From contig NW_021835535.1 of NCBI RefSeq assembly GCF_006345805.1, forward strand, positions 1-40,233: 40,233 nt of DNA, read 5' to 3'. The stretch is from Octopus sinensis. Its lineage: Eukaryota. The notes under the pieces were generated by a model. It saw only the letters and a program-made list of their open reading frames with translations, was not told the DNA's origin and did not search any database. A program made the translations under genes and the position numbers. Shown piece after piece: positions 1 to 11,033 of this stretch. How positions within the stretch are numbered: position 1 is the stretch's first letter; every line of letters starts with the position of its first letter.

Positions 1-25
1 TTATATAATAACGTGTATATATATA

Positions 26-65
<40 letters not shown>

Positions 66-92
66 TTATACATATATATATTATATATAGTG

Positions 93-125
<33 letters not shown>

Positions 126-188
126 ATATATATATCTATATATACTTATATATATGCAAATATATGCATACGCACACACACACACACC

Positions 189-222
<34 letters not shown>

Positions 223-402
223 TTAAACAATACATATATATTTCTTTTTACACAACACACACATATACATGATATACATATATATATATATATTATATGT
301 GTGTGTGTGTGTGTCTGTGTGTATATATTATATATATATATATAGATATGTATGTATATATAATGTACCTATACACACACACACACATATACATGATGTA
401 CA

Positions 403-453
<51 letters not shown>

Positions 454-530
454 GATATATATAATGTATATATATATGTACCCATACACACACCACACAC
501 ACATGTAATGTGCGTGCATGTGTGTATTTC
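1..530. repeat. Compound (TA)n/(CA)n/(TG)n microsatellite
   Basis: Directly visible dinucleotide runs; overlapping YI/HT-rich ORFs are artefacts. Confidence 0.95.
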
Positions 531-856
531 AGTTTTGCTATATAGAAATGTCTAAATGTTTGTAAACGTTTGCGTGCGGCGACCAATCTGTACACACCTC
601 TGCTGGTGGCAAATACTTGTTCAGTTATGTCATAGTAAATAATAGTAAATAGTTTAGAGGTGGAGGTGGTGAGGTTGGTGGGTGGATGTGTAAGTAGAAG
701 AGGGTTAGGGGTCGGTGTGGGTGGGGATTGTGGTGTAAGGGTTAGGGCTAGGGATCAGGTTTTTCTCAGTAATGTGGCGGGTGGGGGGGAGTCTGTGCAT
801 AATTTGAGGGTGTGGTTATACAGCTTTTGACTCAGATACCTGACAAAGTGCTGGCC

Positions 857-1295
857 TCTCTCTCTCTCTCTCTCTCTCTTCTTCCCTTTCTCCCTCTCTC
901 TGCCTCCCTTTCTCTCTATATATATATCTATCTTTCCATTTCTCTCTCTCTTCTCCCTCTTTCACTCTCCTCTCTCTCAAGGTTATATGTAATAGATAGT
1001 CTGCTGTTTACATGTCTGCACGCACACATACATGCATATGTGTACATACACACACACCTAGTACACATGTATATACATTTACACACATGTACATATACAC
1101 ACATGCATACACATACACACACACATACACACACGCACCGATACATACTCACAAGCAGATGTATGGGTATATCTATCTATCCACCTATCTACTTTATTTA
1201 CCTATCTGCCTGTCTGTCTATTGCATGTATGTATCTATCAATCAATCAGTCAATCTATGTATCTATCTATCTATCTATATCTATATCTCTTTTTT
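857..1295. repeat. Compound (CT)n/(CA)n/(TATC)n microsatellite
   Basis: Directly visible simple repeats. Confidence 0.9.
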
Positions 1296-1304
1296 TTGTT
1301 TTTT

Positions 1305-1701
1305 CTCTTTTTACTTGTTTCAGTCATTTTGACTGCGGCCATGTTGGTGCACCGCCTTTAATCGAGCAACTTGACCCCGGGACTTATTCTTTGTAAGTAC
1401 TTATGCTATCAGTCTCTTTTGCCGAACTGCTAAGTGACGGGGACATAAACACACCAGCATCGGTTGTCAAGCAATGCTAGGGGGACAAACACAGACACAC
1501 AAACATACACGCACATACATATATATACATATATATACGACGGGCTTCTTTCAGTTTCCGCCTACCAAATCCACTCACAAGACTTTGGTTGGCCCGAGGC
1601 TATATTAGAAGACACTTGCCCAAGGTGCCATGCAGCGGGACTGAACCCGGAACCATGTGGTTGGTAAACAAGCTACTTACCACACAGCCACTCCTGCGCC
1701 T
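1305..1701 (-). mobile_element. Full-length tRNA-derived SINE, family 1 (CORE-like)
   Basis: Reverse complement of the copies at 9714 and 14897. It has A-box TGGCTGTGTGG, B-box GGTTCAGTCCC, a CORE-like CCTTGGGCAAGTG motif and an AAAAGAG-type tail. Confidence 0.9.
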
Positions 1702-1953
1702 ATATATTTATATATATATGTATATATGTATATATATGTGTGTGTGTATATATATATATATGTATATAACACTATATGTGTGTGTGTATATATGTGTGTA
1801 TATACATATGCATCTATTTATGTATGTATATAGTTATATTACAGTGAGCTAATGTACAGCTCAAGCATTTGATCACTATAACCAAATCATTCGAGCAGGT
1901 TGTTAAGCAAAAAATTGTAAAAAAATCTCTCTTGGACTAGAAGAAAACTACCA

Positions 1954-1989
<36 letters not shown>

Positions 1990-2012
1990 ACATATTATCC
2001 TCCTCGGCTTCC

Positions 2013-2147
2013 TCCTCCTCATTATCATCATCATCAGCATCATCATCATCGTCATCATCGTCATCATCATCATCATTATCATCATCATCATTATCATCAT
2101 CATCGTCATTGTCATCGTCATCATCATCGTCATTGTCATCAATGTCG

Positions 2148-2193
<46 letters not shown>

Positions 2194-2320
2194 TGTCGTC
2201 GTCATTGTCATCATTATCATCATCATCATCGTCGTAGTCATCATCACCGTCATCATTGTCATCATCATCATCATCATCATCATCATGTCATCGTCATCAT
2301 CATCATGATCATCGTCATTG

Positions 2321-2355
<35 letters not shown>

Positions 2356-2820
2356 GTCATCGTCTTCATCATCATCATTGTTTCATCATCGTCATCATCA
2401 TAATCATCATCATCATCATCGTCTTTGTCATCATCATCATCATCATTGTTTCATCATTGTCAACATCATCATCATAATCATCATCATCATCATCGTCTTC
2501 GTCATCATCATCATTGTTTCATCATCGTCATCGTCATCATCATAATCATCATGATCATCATCATCATCGTCATGTCATCGTCATCATCATCATGATCATC
2601 GTCATTGTCATCATCATAATCATCATCATCATCATCGTCATCGTCATCATCATAATCATCATGATCATGATCATCATCATCATGTCATCGTCATCATCAT
2701 CATGATCATCGTCATTGTCATCATCATCATCATCATCATCATCATCGTCATCGTCTTCATCATCATCATCATTGTTTCATCATCGTCATCGTCGTCATCA
2801 TCATCATCATCATCATCATC
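2013..2820. repeat. Imperfect (CAT)n/(CGT)n trinucleotide array, about 800 bp
   Basis: Directly visible; abuts the 3' end of a minus-strand (GAT)n-tailed element. Confidence 0.95.
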
Positions 2821-3065
2821 AATGTTTTAACATTTATGTTTTCGTACCTGCCTGTGTTAAGTGGAAGTTACTGAAGCAGATTTTCTGCGGCTGGATGCCC
2901 TTCCTGTCACCAACTCTCACCTGTTTCCAAGCAAGGTAAGATTTTACCCCATTACCAGACACATTTTTGCAGGATATCGATAATGAACAAACACTGCTTG
3001 TATGACAGTGATTCTCATTTTCGACTATCATGTGATATCAAGACAAATGGAAACAAAGATACACA
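2821..3065 (-). mobile_element. Diverged retroelement 3' end related to the RTE 3' UTR family
   Basis: Contains GGCTGGATGCCCTTCCTGTCACCAAC, the reverse complement of the GTTGG..AGGAAGGGCATCCAGC motif of the RTE 3' ends. Confidence 0.5.
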
Positions 3066-3196
3066 TGTACTCTCATATACACACATATATACATACATGC
3101 ATACATACATACATACATACATGCATACATACAGCGTTGGCCTAAAGTCACTTGACAGTAAATCGAAACCATTTAATTCCAAGATTTATTTATGTT

Positions 3197-3549
3197 TGAA
3201 AATTGTAGTTGTGTTACCTGTGCTGGTGGCAATTAAAAAGCACCATCCGAATGTGGCCGATGCCAGCGCCGCCCTGACTGGCTTCTGTGCCGGTGGCACG
3301 TAAAAAGCACCAACCGATCATGGCTGCTGCCAGCCTCTCCTGGCACCTGTGCCGGTGGCACGTAAGAAGCACCCACTACACTCACGGAGTGGTTGGCGTT
3401 AGGAAGGGCATCCAGCCGTAGAAACACTGCCAGATCAGACTGGAGCTTGGTGCAGTCTCCTGGCTTCCCAGATCCCCAGTCGAACCATCCAACCCGTGCT
3501 AGCATGGAACACGGATGTTAAACGATGATGATGATGATGGTGATGATGA
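3197..3549 (+). mobile_element. 5'-truncated RTE LINE 3' UTR copy with (GAT)n tail
   Basis: Homologous to the 3' UTR of the RTE copy at 11034-12462. Confidence 0.85.
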
Positions 3550-3986
3550 ACTGAATGAATTTAATAAAAGCATCTAAATATGAAACCTCATGAAGATTGT
3601 TCAAACTGAAGTCCTTCTTGAGCGACACATTTTCCCATTCGAGTCAATACAGAATTAAAGATAGCATTTATGGAATTTTGATTTACTGTCAGGTGACTTC
3701 TGGGCAACACTGTATATGAAAAAATTTGTACATTCTCACATTATTGTGGTTCAAATTACAAAATTTGATTTTTAGGAAATGTAGAAATGAAGACATGTTT
3801 CTTTGTATTTCTCAGCTTGTTTTAATTTCAATCAACAGAAGCTGAGATGAGATTTTCAGGTCATTGCCATCTCCGTCATTGAAGTGCTGACCTCCATAAA
3901 ATACTTTTTGTGAAAGTGAAGCCATTAAGGCTTATGTATTAGGATATGAAATATAATCGGTAGAAAAAATATTCATGACTAAGTCA

Positions 3987-4140
3987 GTCGTGGATGTGTG
4001 GAAAGCAGCTTGCTTCCCAAACACATGGTTCTGGGTTCAGTCCCACTGCGTAAAACTTTGGGCAAGTGTCTTCTGCTATAGCCTTGGGTCGACCAAAGCC
4101 TTGTGGTAGACGGAAACTGAAAGAGGCCCATCGTGTATAT
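3987..4140 (+). mobile_element. SINE family 1, 5' half
   Basis: Matches the head and core of 9714-10114. Confidence 0.85.
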
Positions 4141-4341
4141 ATGTGTGTGTGTATATTATATATATATATATATACGAGAAATAAGGGTAAACCACTCTTT
4201 ACCTGCACTCATATATAATACTCAATTGTGAGATTGCCATGCAATAACTAGCACTTAGCTATGAATAATTGGGTACACTACCAGCAGTATATTGGATAGG
4301 CACTATCCCTTAGTTGGTTTTTCAACTTCTAACTAACATGG

Positions 4342-4374
<33 letters not shown>

Positions 4375-4427
4375 CATCGTTTAAAGTCCATCTTCCATGC
4401 ATGCATAGGTGGGACTGCATGCATGGG

Positions 4428-4459
<32 letters not shown>

Positions 4460-4755
4460 TAGAAGGTTTGGAGATGATGTACAGGTATTTTATATTAGAA
4501 GAAATGAGGTACTCAGAAATTCGGATGGTTTTATATTTACAGATATTTATTTGTATATTACATGTTTTTATATATCATATAACATATATCATATATCATA
4601 TATTAGTAGTTTCGGCCACTCTAGTGGAGTTTTCAAATTGAAGTAAGTTCTTGGGGAAAATTTGACCATTTTTATAGTGTTATTGAGTGTGTAGTGGTGG
4701 GGAGGGATATGAGATAGTACAAGCGGGTGTATATATATATATATATATATACACA

Positions 4756-6467
4756 GAGAAAGACCCCTGGCCCGTCAGGAATTACTGCAGAGATGCTCAA
4801 AATATCTTGCAGTGTCGGCTATAGCCTAGTCACCCATATAGTTAACCAGGTGATACACGAAGGAGTCATTCCCAATGACTGGTGTAGCACCATAATAGTC
4901 AACTGCTACAAAAGTAAAGGTGATGCTTTAGATACAAATAATTACAGAGGTATCAAGCCATTGGATCAGGTAATAAAGGTTACAGAGAGGGTCATAGCCC
5001 AATTAATTAGGGAGAGAGTCAGTTTGGATGAGATGCAGTTTGGGTTTGTGCCAGGGAAAAGCACCACTGATGCTATATTTCTGGTAAGGCAGCTGCAAGA
5101 GAAATACCTATCCAAGTACCCCTGTACTTGGCTTTTGTTGACATGGAGAAAGCCTTTGACAGGGTCCCCTGATCCCTTATCTGGTGGTCAATGACGAAAC
5201 TAGGGATAGATGAATGGTTAGTGAGAGCTGTACAAGCCATGTACAAGGACACTGTCAGTAAGGTGAGGGTTAGCAACGAGTGCAGTGAAGAATTCCGGGT
5301 AGAGGTAGGGGTCCACCAAGGTTTAGTCCTAAGCCCCCTCCTATTTATCATAGTACTCCAAGCAATAACGGAGGAATTCAAGACAGGATGCCCCTGGGAG
5401 CTCCTCCATGCTGGCGACCTTGTTCTAATTGCTGAGTCACTATCAGAACTAGAGAAGAAGTTTCAAGTGTGGAAACAGGGATTAAAATTGAAGGGCCTTA
5501 GAGTCAACCTAGCTAAAACCAAAGCCCTAATATGTAGGAAGGCAGGTAACCCACAAATCCCTTCTGGTAGATGGCCCTGCTCGATCTGTAGAAAAGGCGT
5601 AGGTAGAAACTCTGTAATATGTACCCAGTGTATGCTATGGACACATAAGAGGTGCAGCAATATTAAATTAAGGCTAACTGGGAAGATAGTTTTTATATGT
5701 GGCAGATGCTCGGGAGCAATAAATAACACTGAAAATGTGCAGAGAACAACTTCCGTCACATTCCAGAAAGAAAAACTAGAAGTAGTTGATAGCTTCCGTT
5801 ACCTAGGTGACCAAGTCCGTAGCAGGGGAGGGTGCGCTGAAAGTGTAGCTGCTAGAATAAGAATAGCCTGGGATAAGTTCAGAGAGCTCTTATCTCTGCT
5901 GGTGACAAAGGGCTTCTCGCTCAGAGTAAAAGGCAGACTGTATGACGCATGTGTACGAACAGCCATGCTACATGGCAGAGAAAACATGGGCCATGACTGC
6001 TGATGACATGCATAAGCTCGCAAGGAATGAAGCGAATATGATCCGATGGATGTGTAATGTCAGTGTGCATACTCGACAGAGTGTAAGTACCTTGAGAGAA
6101 AAGTTAGACCTAAGAAGCATCAGATGTGGTATCCAAGAGAGACGACTACAGCTGTGTGAAAAAGTGCCACACCCTAGCAGTTGAAGGAACCTGTGGAAGA
6201 AGTAGATCCAGGAAGACCTGGGATGAGGTGGTGAAGCATGACCTTCGAACATTGGGCCTCACCGAGGCAATGACTAGTGACCAGGACCTTTGGAGATATA
6301 AACTGTGCTTAGTGAGACCATAACCTTGTGGCCTATGCCAGGGGTGTAACCAGTCCACTTAGGTGTACCTTTCCTTCATTGCACACTAAACTCTGCTTAC
6401 GAAGACCTGTTGAGGTAAGTGAAATCGAAATCAAATTCAATGGCTGGCATCCGTGCTAGTGGAGCGC
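4756..6467 (+). mobile_element. RTE-clade LINE, 5'-truncated and inactivated (RT region with PHD-like insert)
   Basis: RT motifs KTPGPSGI, NYRGI, QFGF.PGKSTTDAIF, FVDMEKAFD, GVHQGLVLSPLLF. YADD is decayed to HAGD. There are frameshifts near 5110 and 5990 and the WYGHV segment is deleted near 6150. Confidence 0.93.
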
Positions 6468-6562
6468 AGAAGGCACTTGTCCAAGGTTCCATGCACTGGG
6501 ACCGAACTTGGAACCATGTGGCTGGTAAGCAAACTTCTTACCACACAACCACTCCTGCGCCT
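6468..6562 (-). mobile_element. SINE family 1 head fragment
   Basis: Reverse complement of the tRNA-like head. Confidence 0.8.
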
Positions 6563-6689
6563 TTATAACAGATATTCTAACACTCTTTAACATGTATGTT
6601 ACCAGTGGTTCCCATGGTAACAGAATGATGACATCCATTCTGCACTGCAGGAGACACCAGGGACCCCCCCCCATGCTATACATCTGGAG

Positions 6690-6964
6690 CAGTGGTTCTC
6701 GCCCATTTTTTGCCTGTGGACCTTTTTGATTCCTATTCTACTCCACAACACCCCCAAAGCCATCTGATGTATATTAGAAACAATTTTACTGTTTTTTAAT
6801 TATTAAATATTATTAGGAATTTTATTAAAAAATTCAAATATTTTGTGAACTGTAGAAATATAACCAGTTTATTACACATAAATTTTAGTAACAAACTCTT
6901 ATAAGGACCCCAAGGGGCCATATGGACCCCAAAGGGCCATATGGACCTTGGTTGAGAATCATTG
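6690..6964. mobile_element. hAT (Charlie-like) MITE, 275 bp
   Basis: Imperfect TIRs CAGTGGTTCTCGCCC / GGTTGAGAATCATTG. The 8-bp TSD ATCTGGAG (6682-6689) / ATCTAGAG (6965-6972) matches the nTCTAGAn Charlie target consensus. Confidence 0.8.
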
Positions 6965-7084
6965 ATCTAGAGGGTATAAACTTTTTAAAATGCTTAATTT
7001 ATAAGAAAATTAGACCACTGGGGCAAATGAAAATGTAGCGCAAAATGGAGTTTGGTAGGGTTAGGGTTAAATTGCAGTCTTTCT

Positions 7085-7400
7085 TTGAACTACTCTTGTG
7101 CATCGGATATAAAATCCTTCTTCCCCACCAGTTTTCTTTTGATCCCACTGCTTCTCTTCTGAATGCAACTCATACACTGAGTACAATGCATAGTGTTCCT
7201 ACCAACACCTTTTCTGCATAACTTACATGTTTGCTTCCCGGACAGCAGTATAGTCTGGTCTTTGCCTCAATCACTCAAACACTATACTTCTGTTTTTGAT
7301 TAGTTGCAGGATTCCTTAAACTCTAGGCTTATCAACAAGTAGAACACCAGGATTGGCTGAGTACAATAGTACTGAATTTATTGTAAGGTAAAACAACCAT
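7085..7400 (-). mobile_element. Highly decayed RTE RT/PHD remnant
   Basis: Minus strand encodes CKLCRKGVGRNTMHCTQC, homologous to CSICRKGVGRNSVICTQC of the 4756 element. Confidence 0.55.
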
Positions 7401-7479
7401 TAGGTGTCATTTGTTGGTAATTTACTGGTACACTGCAGGTATGTAAGTATGTATATGTATGTTTGATAGAAATTGACCC

Positions 7480-7716
7480 ATGATAAACAATGATGTGGCT
7501 ATTAAAATTTATAACAGAACATGTGTAAAATGTGGAAGGGTGTGCCTCTCAGTTGGAGGCCTAAAAAGACATGTTAAGAGAGTGCATATGGTGGCACCTG
7601 TTTCTCCTGCCAGCCAGCACAGTTGTCTAGTATGTAATAAGATGTGTAAAAGCTTGACCGGGCTTAAAAGTCATATAAGGGCATCACATGGCAAGAATCA
7701 TGAATCATTTCAGTAA
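7480..7716 (+). CDS. 78-aa ORF with two C2H2 zinc fingers (host exon or retroelement ORF2 tail)
   Basis: CVKC-x12-H-x4-H and CLVC-x12-H-x4-H, both with S..GL..H and no TGEKP linker. There is an in-frame TGA just upstream of the ATG and a GTAAGT donor-like site at the 3' end. Confidence 0.45.
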   Translation: MINNDVAIKIYNRTCVKCGRVCLSVGGLKRHVKRVHMVAPVSPASQHSCLVCNKMCKSLTGLKSHIRASHGKNHESFQ

Positions 7717-7859
7717 GTCTTCTTGGCAATGACTTTTCTCATGTAACGAAGATGCAGCTGTGACACATATATATATATACATATATATATCATCATCATC
7801 TGGGATTTGTCCCCATTAACAGGGGTGGCTGGATCTGTCTCAATGCTATAACAACTGAG

Positions 7860-8071
7860 GTAGGCAGGTGCAGCCCACCCCAAACTTTGGGCTGGCTGGT
7901 GCCCATTTTCCCTTGCAATCATCAGGCATTTTTGGAGCTGGATTTTCTATGGAAAGCATGCCCTTGCTTACCCCCACCTCAGTCTCTAGACATGAGTGGT
8001 CCCAAGACCATAGCCTCTACCATGATTTTTAAGAAATGTGGTGGAAAACTAGCTCAGGAAGGCAGGGACGC
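7860..8071. repeat. Interspersed repeat, copy 1 of 2 (about 210 bp)
   Basis: Clearly homologous to 29820-30029; family not identified. Confidence 0.8.
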
Positions 8072-8078
8072 CATATAT

Positions 8079-8143
<65 letters not shown>

Positions 8144-8214
8144 ATGGATAGATATAGATATATATACATATGTATATACATACATATATATAAATATATA
8201 AATATATATATATA

Positions 8215-8681
8215 GTAGTTGTGATACCTGTGCCGGTGGCACATAAAAAGCATCATCTGAACGTGGCCATTGCCAGTGCCGCCTCGACTGGCTCCTGTGC
8301 CGGTGGCACATAAAAGCACCATCTGAACGTGGCCATTGCCAGGGCCACCTTGACTGGCTTCTGTGTCGGTGGCACATAAAAAGCATCATCCAAACGTGGC
8401 CGATGCCAGCGCCGCCTTTACTGGCTTTCGTGCCAGTGGCACGTTAAAAGCACCAACCGATCGTGGCCGATGCTGGACTCCCCTGGCACCTGTGCAGGTG
8501 GCATGTAAAAAGCACCCACTACACTCGCGGAGTGGTTGGCATTAGGAAGGGCATCCAGCTGTAGAAACACTGCAGGATCAGACTGGAGCCTGGTGCAGCC
8601 CCTTGCTTCCCAGACCCCGGTTGAACCGTCCAACCCATGCTAGCGCGGAAAACGGACGTTAAACGATGATGATAATGATGA
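8215..8681 (+). mobile_element. RTE 3' UTR copy with several ~60-bp tandem units and (GAT)n tail
   Basis: Homology to 11860-12462. Confidence 0.85.
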
Positions 8682-8780
8682 TATATATATATAAATATAT
8701 ATATATAAATATATATATATAAATATATATATATAATATATATATATATATATACATAAATATATATATATATATATATA

Positions 8781-9004
8781 CTTTATTTAAAGCAGCAGAA
8801 AATTCAACAAAACCTGTTACTCTGAGTTTCCCGTTGCTGTTCATTGGACAGTTTTTGCTAGAACTGTCCGATGAACGGCAACGGGAAACTCAGAGTAACA
8901 GGTTTTGTTGAATTTTCTGCTGCTTTAAATAAAGCATATTACTCTACCACTGGTACTTGAGTACTCTTTTTTCCACCTTGTTTCACATTTATGTGTTTAC
9001 TCCA

Positions 9005-9005
<1 letters not shown>
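8781..9005. mobile_element. Short palindromic PLE-pLTR-like element between (TA)n tracts
   Basis: 73-bp inverted arms 8781-8853 / 8862-8934 (2 mismatches), each carrying an HHR-like motif. Confidence 0.6.
8862..8904 (+). ncRNA. Minimal type I hammerhead-like motif, U4C core variant
   Basis: CTGT-CCGATGA-ACG(GCAA)CGG-GAAA-CTCAGAG-TA-ACAG. Stem I is CTGT/ACAG and the cleavage triplet is GUA. The first pair of stem II is mismatched. Confidence 0.55.
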
Positions 9006-9059
<54 letters not shown>

Positions 9060-9189
9060 TATGTATACATACACACTCCCACACACACACACATGCACAC
9101 ACATACACACACATAGGTAATAAAATCCAATCTAAACCTTAGATCTAATCCAGGGCTGGTTCCAGGTGTGGCATATATTCTATTATATT

Positions 9190-9500
9190 TCTGTTTTTGA
9201 CAAGTTGACTTAAGAGCTTTTTAATTTCTAGGCTGTGTTTTCTAAATCTTTCTCAAGTTTAGGTCAAAGAAGAAGGCCTTTGGCACACAGGAGTTCCTTT
9301 TGATGGTAGTCTTCAACTTCCCTGTTATAGCCAGCAGATCTACAATAAACAAAAAGGGAGTGAGATGTAAGCCCTGGCGAACACCAGTTTGAATTCTTCA
9401 CTGTCATTGGTACCTCTAACCTTAATGACCAGCTTGCTTTAATGACCACCTCTCAGTACGTGGCCTTTATACACCTCACCTTGCTGACCTTATGTGGTGA
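9190..9500 (-). mobile_element. Decayed RTE-like RT remnant
   Basis: With frameshifts, reads DSEEFK..GVRQG..PFLFIV..ELL..L..VNLSKT, aligning to RT motifs of the 4756 element. Confidence 0.5.
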
Positions 9501-9713
9501 GAACACATGTGACAAAATATTCACTCTGCATCTTATTGTTAATGCTCAATGAGAAAGAGAGCGTTGGATTGCATGAAAAACCCAATCCTATATATAACAT
9601 AATACAATATGGTTTAATATGATATAGAACTATGTAATATGCAGTAATGTAATGTAAAATACGATGACATAATGTGATATATTAAAGCTGATAAAAGAAA
9701 ATATTATATATAT

Positions 9714-10114
9714 GCATGTGGCTGTGTGGTAAGTAGCTTGCTAACCAACCACTTGGTTCCGTGTTCAGTCCCACTGCGTGGCATCTTGGGCAAGTGTCTT
9801 CTGCAACAGTCCCGGGCCAACCAATGCCTTGTGAGTGGAGTTGGTAGACGGAAACTGAAAGAAGCCTGTCGTATATATGTATATATATGTGTATGTTTAT
9901 GTGTTTGTGTGTCTGTGTTTGTCCCCCTAGCATTGCTTGACAACCGATGCTGGTGTGTTTACGTCCCTGTCACTTAGTGGTTCGGCAAAAGAGACTGATA
10001 AAATAAGTACTGGGCTTACAAAGAATAAGTCCCGGGGTCGATTTGCTTGACTAAAGGCGGTGCTCCAGCATGGCCGCAGTCAAATGACTGAAACAAGTAA
10101 AAGAGTATAAGAGT
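9714..10114 (+). mobile_element. Full-length SINE family 1
   Basis: tRNA-like head, CORE-like motif, internal (TA/TG) linker and AAAAGAG tail. Confidence 0.9.
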
Positions 10115-10334
10115 ATATGAATATAGATCTGTGTGTGTGTGCGTGTGTGTGTGCATGTGTGCGTGCGCGCGTGTGTGTGTGCACGCGTGTGTGTGTTCGT
10201 GTATGTGTGAGTAATATTCTGAAGTAACATGTATTCACTTTTTGCTGATCAAAAACTGATTTGAGAATGTAACGCTGTGATTATAGGACTTAATATACAC
10301 TATATATATATATTATATATATATATATATATAT

Positions 10335-10525
10335 AAAGGAAAGTTTACGAAAATAAACAAAAGACGAAGGCAGGTGGAATAGAAACAAACAAATATAATA
10401 GTATAGCGATCAGGAATGGAAAAAGTCTTTTACATTTCGAGCGTACGCTCTTCGATAGAACGATACACAAAAAAAAAACAAGGAGCGTAAAAAAATGCAT
10501 GTAGGGGCTAACGATCCAACATGGC
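10335..10525 (-). mobile_element. Short PLE-end-like element (family B) with decayed HHR-like motif
   Basis: Homologous to 37511-37701 and flanked by (TA)n. Minus strand reads CTATCGA-A-GAGC(GTAC)GCTC-GAAA-TG-TA. Confidence 0.5.
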
Positions 10526-10556
<31 letters not shown>

Positions 10557-10632
10557 ATTATATATATATATGTTTGTATATATATATGTATATACATATA
10601 TATATATAAATAACGTATATATATATATATAT

Positions 10633-10841
10633 AAAGTTAATCCAAACAAGAAAGCACAAAAAACACAACAAAGCGAGGACGTGGAACAAATATAGTATTA
10701 TTGGACGCTCAGGAAAGAAGGAAAGAAGGAGGGTTTAACGTTTTGAGTGGAGCTCTTCATTGGAAACATAGGAGAAGGAAAGATCCAGAGAAGGGAAGAC
10801 AGAGGAAAAAAAAAATCGCCAACGGTAGACACGAGGTCACA
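10633..10841 (-). mobile_element. Short PLE-end-like element (family C) with decayed HHR-like motif
   Basis: Homologous to 16870-16944 and flanked by (TA)n. Minus strand reads GTTT-CCAATGA-A-GAGC(TCC)ACTC-AAAA-CG-TT-AAAC. Confidence 0.5.
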
Positions 10842-10940
10842 TATGCATATATATATATTATATATATATATGCATATATATACATTATATACATATATAT
10901 ACATTATATATATATATATACATATAATATATATACACAC

Positions 10941-11001
<61 letters not shown>

Positions 11002-11033
11002 CTGGTGTAAAAGATGTGTATATAGATGTATAT

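Noticed and set aside
655-790. G-rich tract with TTAGGG-like motifs (also about 7057 and 17603); G-quadruplex or interstitial telomere
   Set aside because: Only 1-2 perfect units per site, with no array or functional evidence.
7309-7438. Apparent exon with good acceptor (TTGCAG) and donor (CAG/GTATGT)
   Set aside because: Stops in all three frames, and it overlaps a minus-strand RTE remnant.
7895-7930. Minus-strand CTGATGA-TTGCAAGG-GAAA
   Set aside because: No stem I or III, and not conserved in the homologous copy at 29820-30029.
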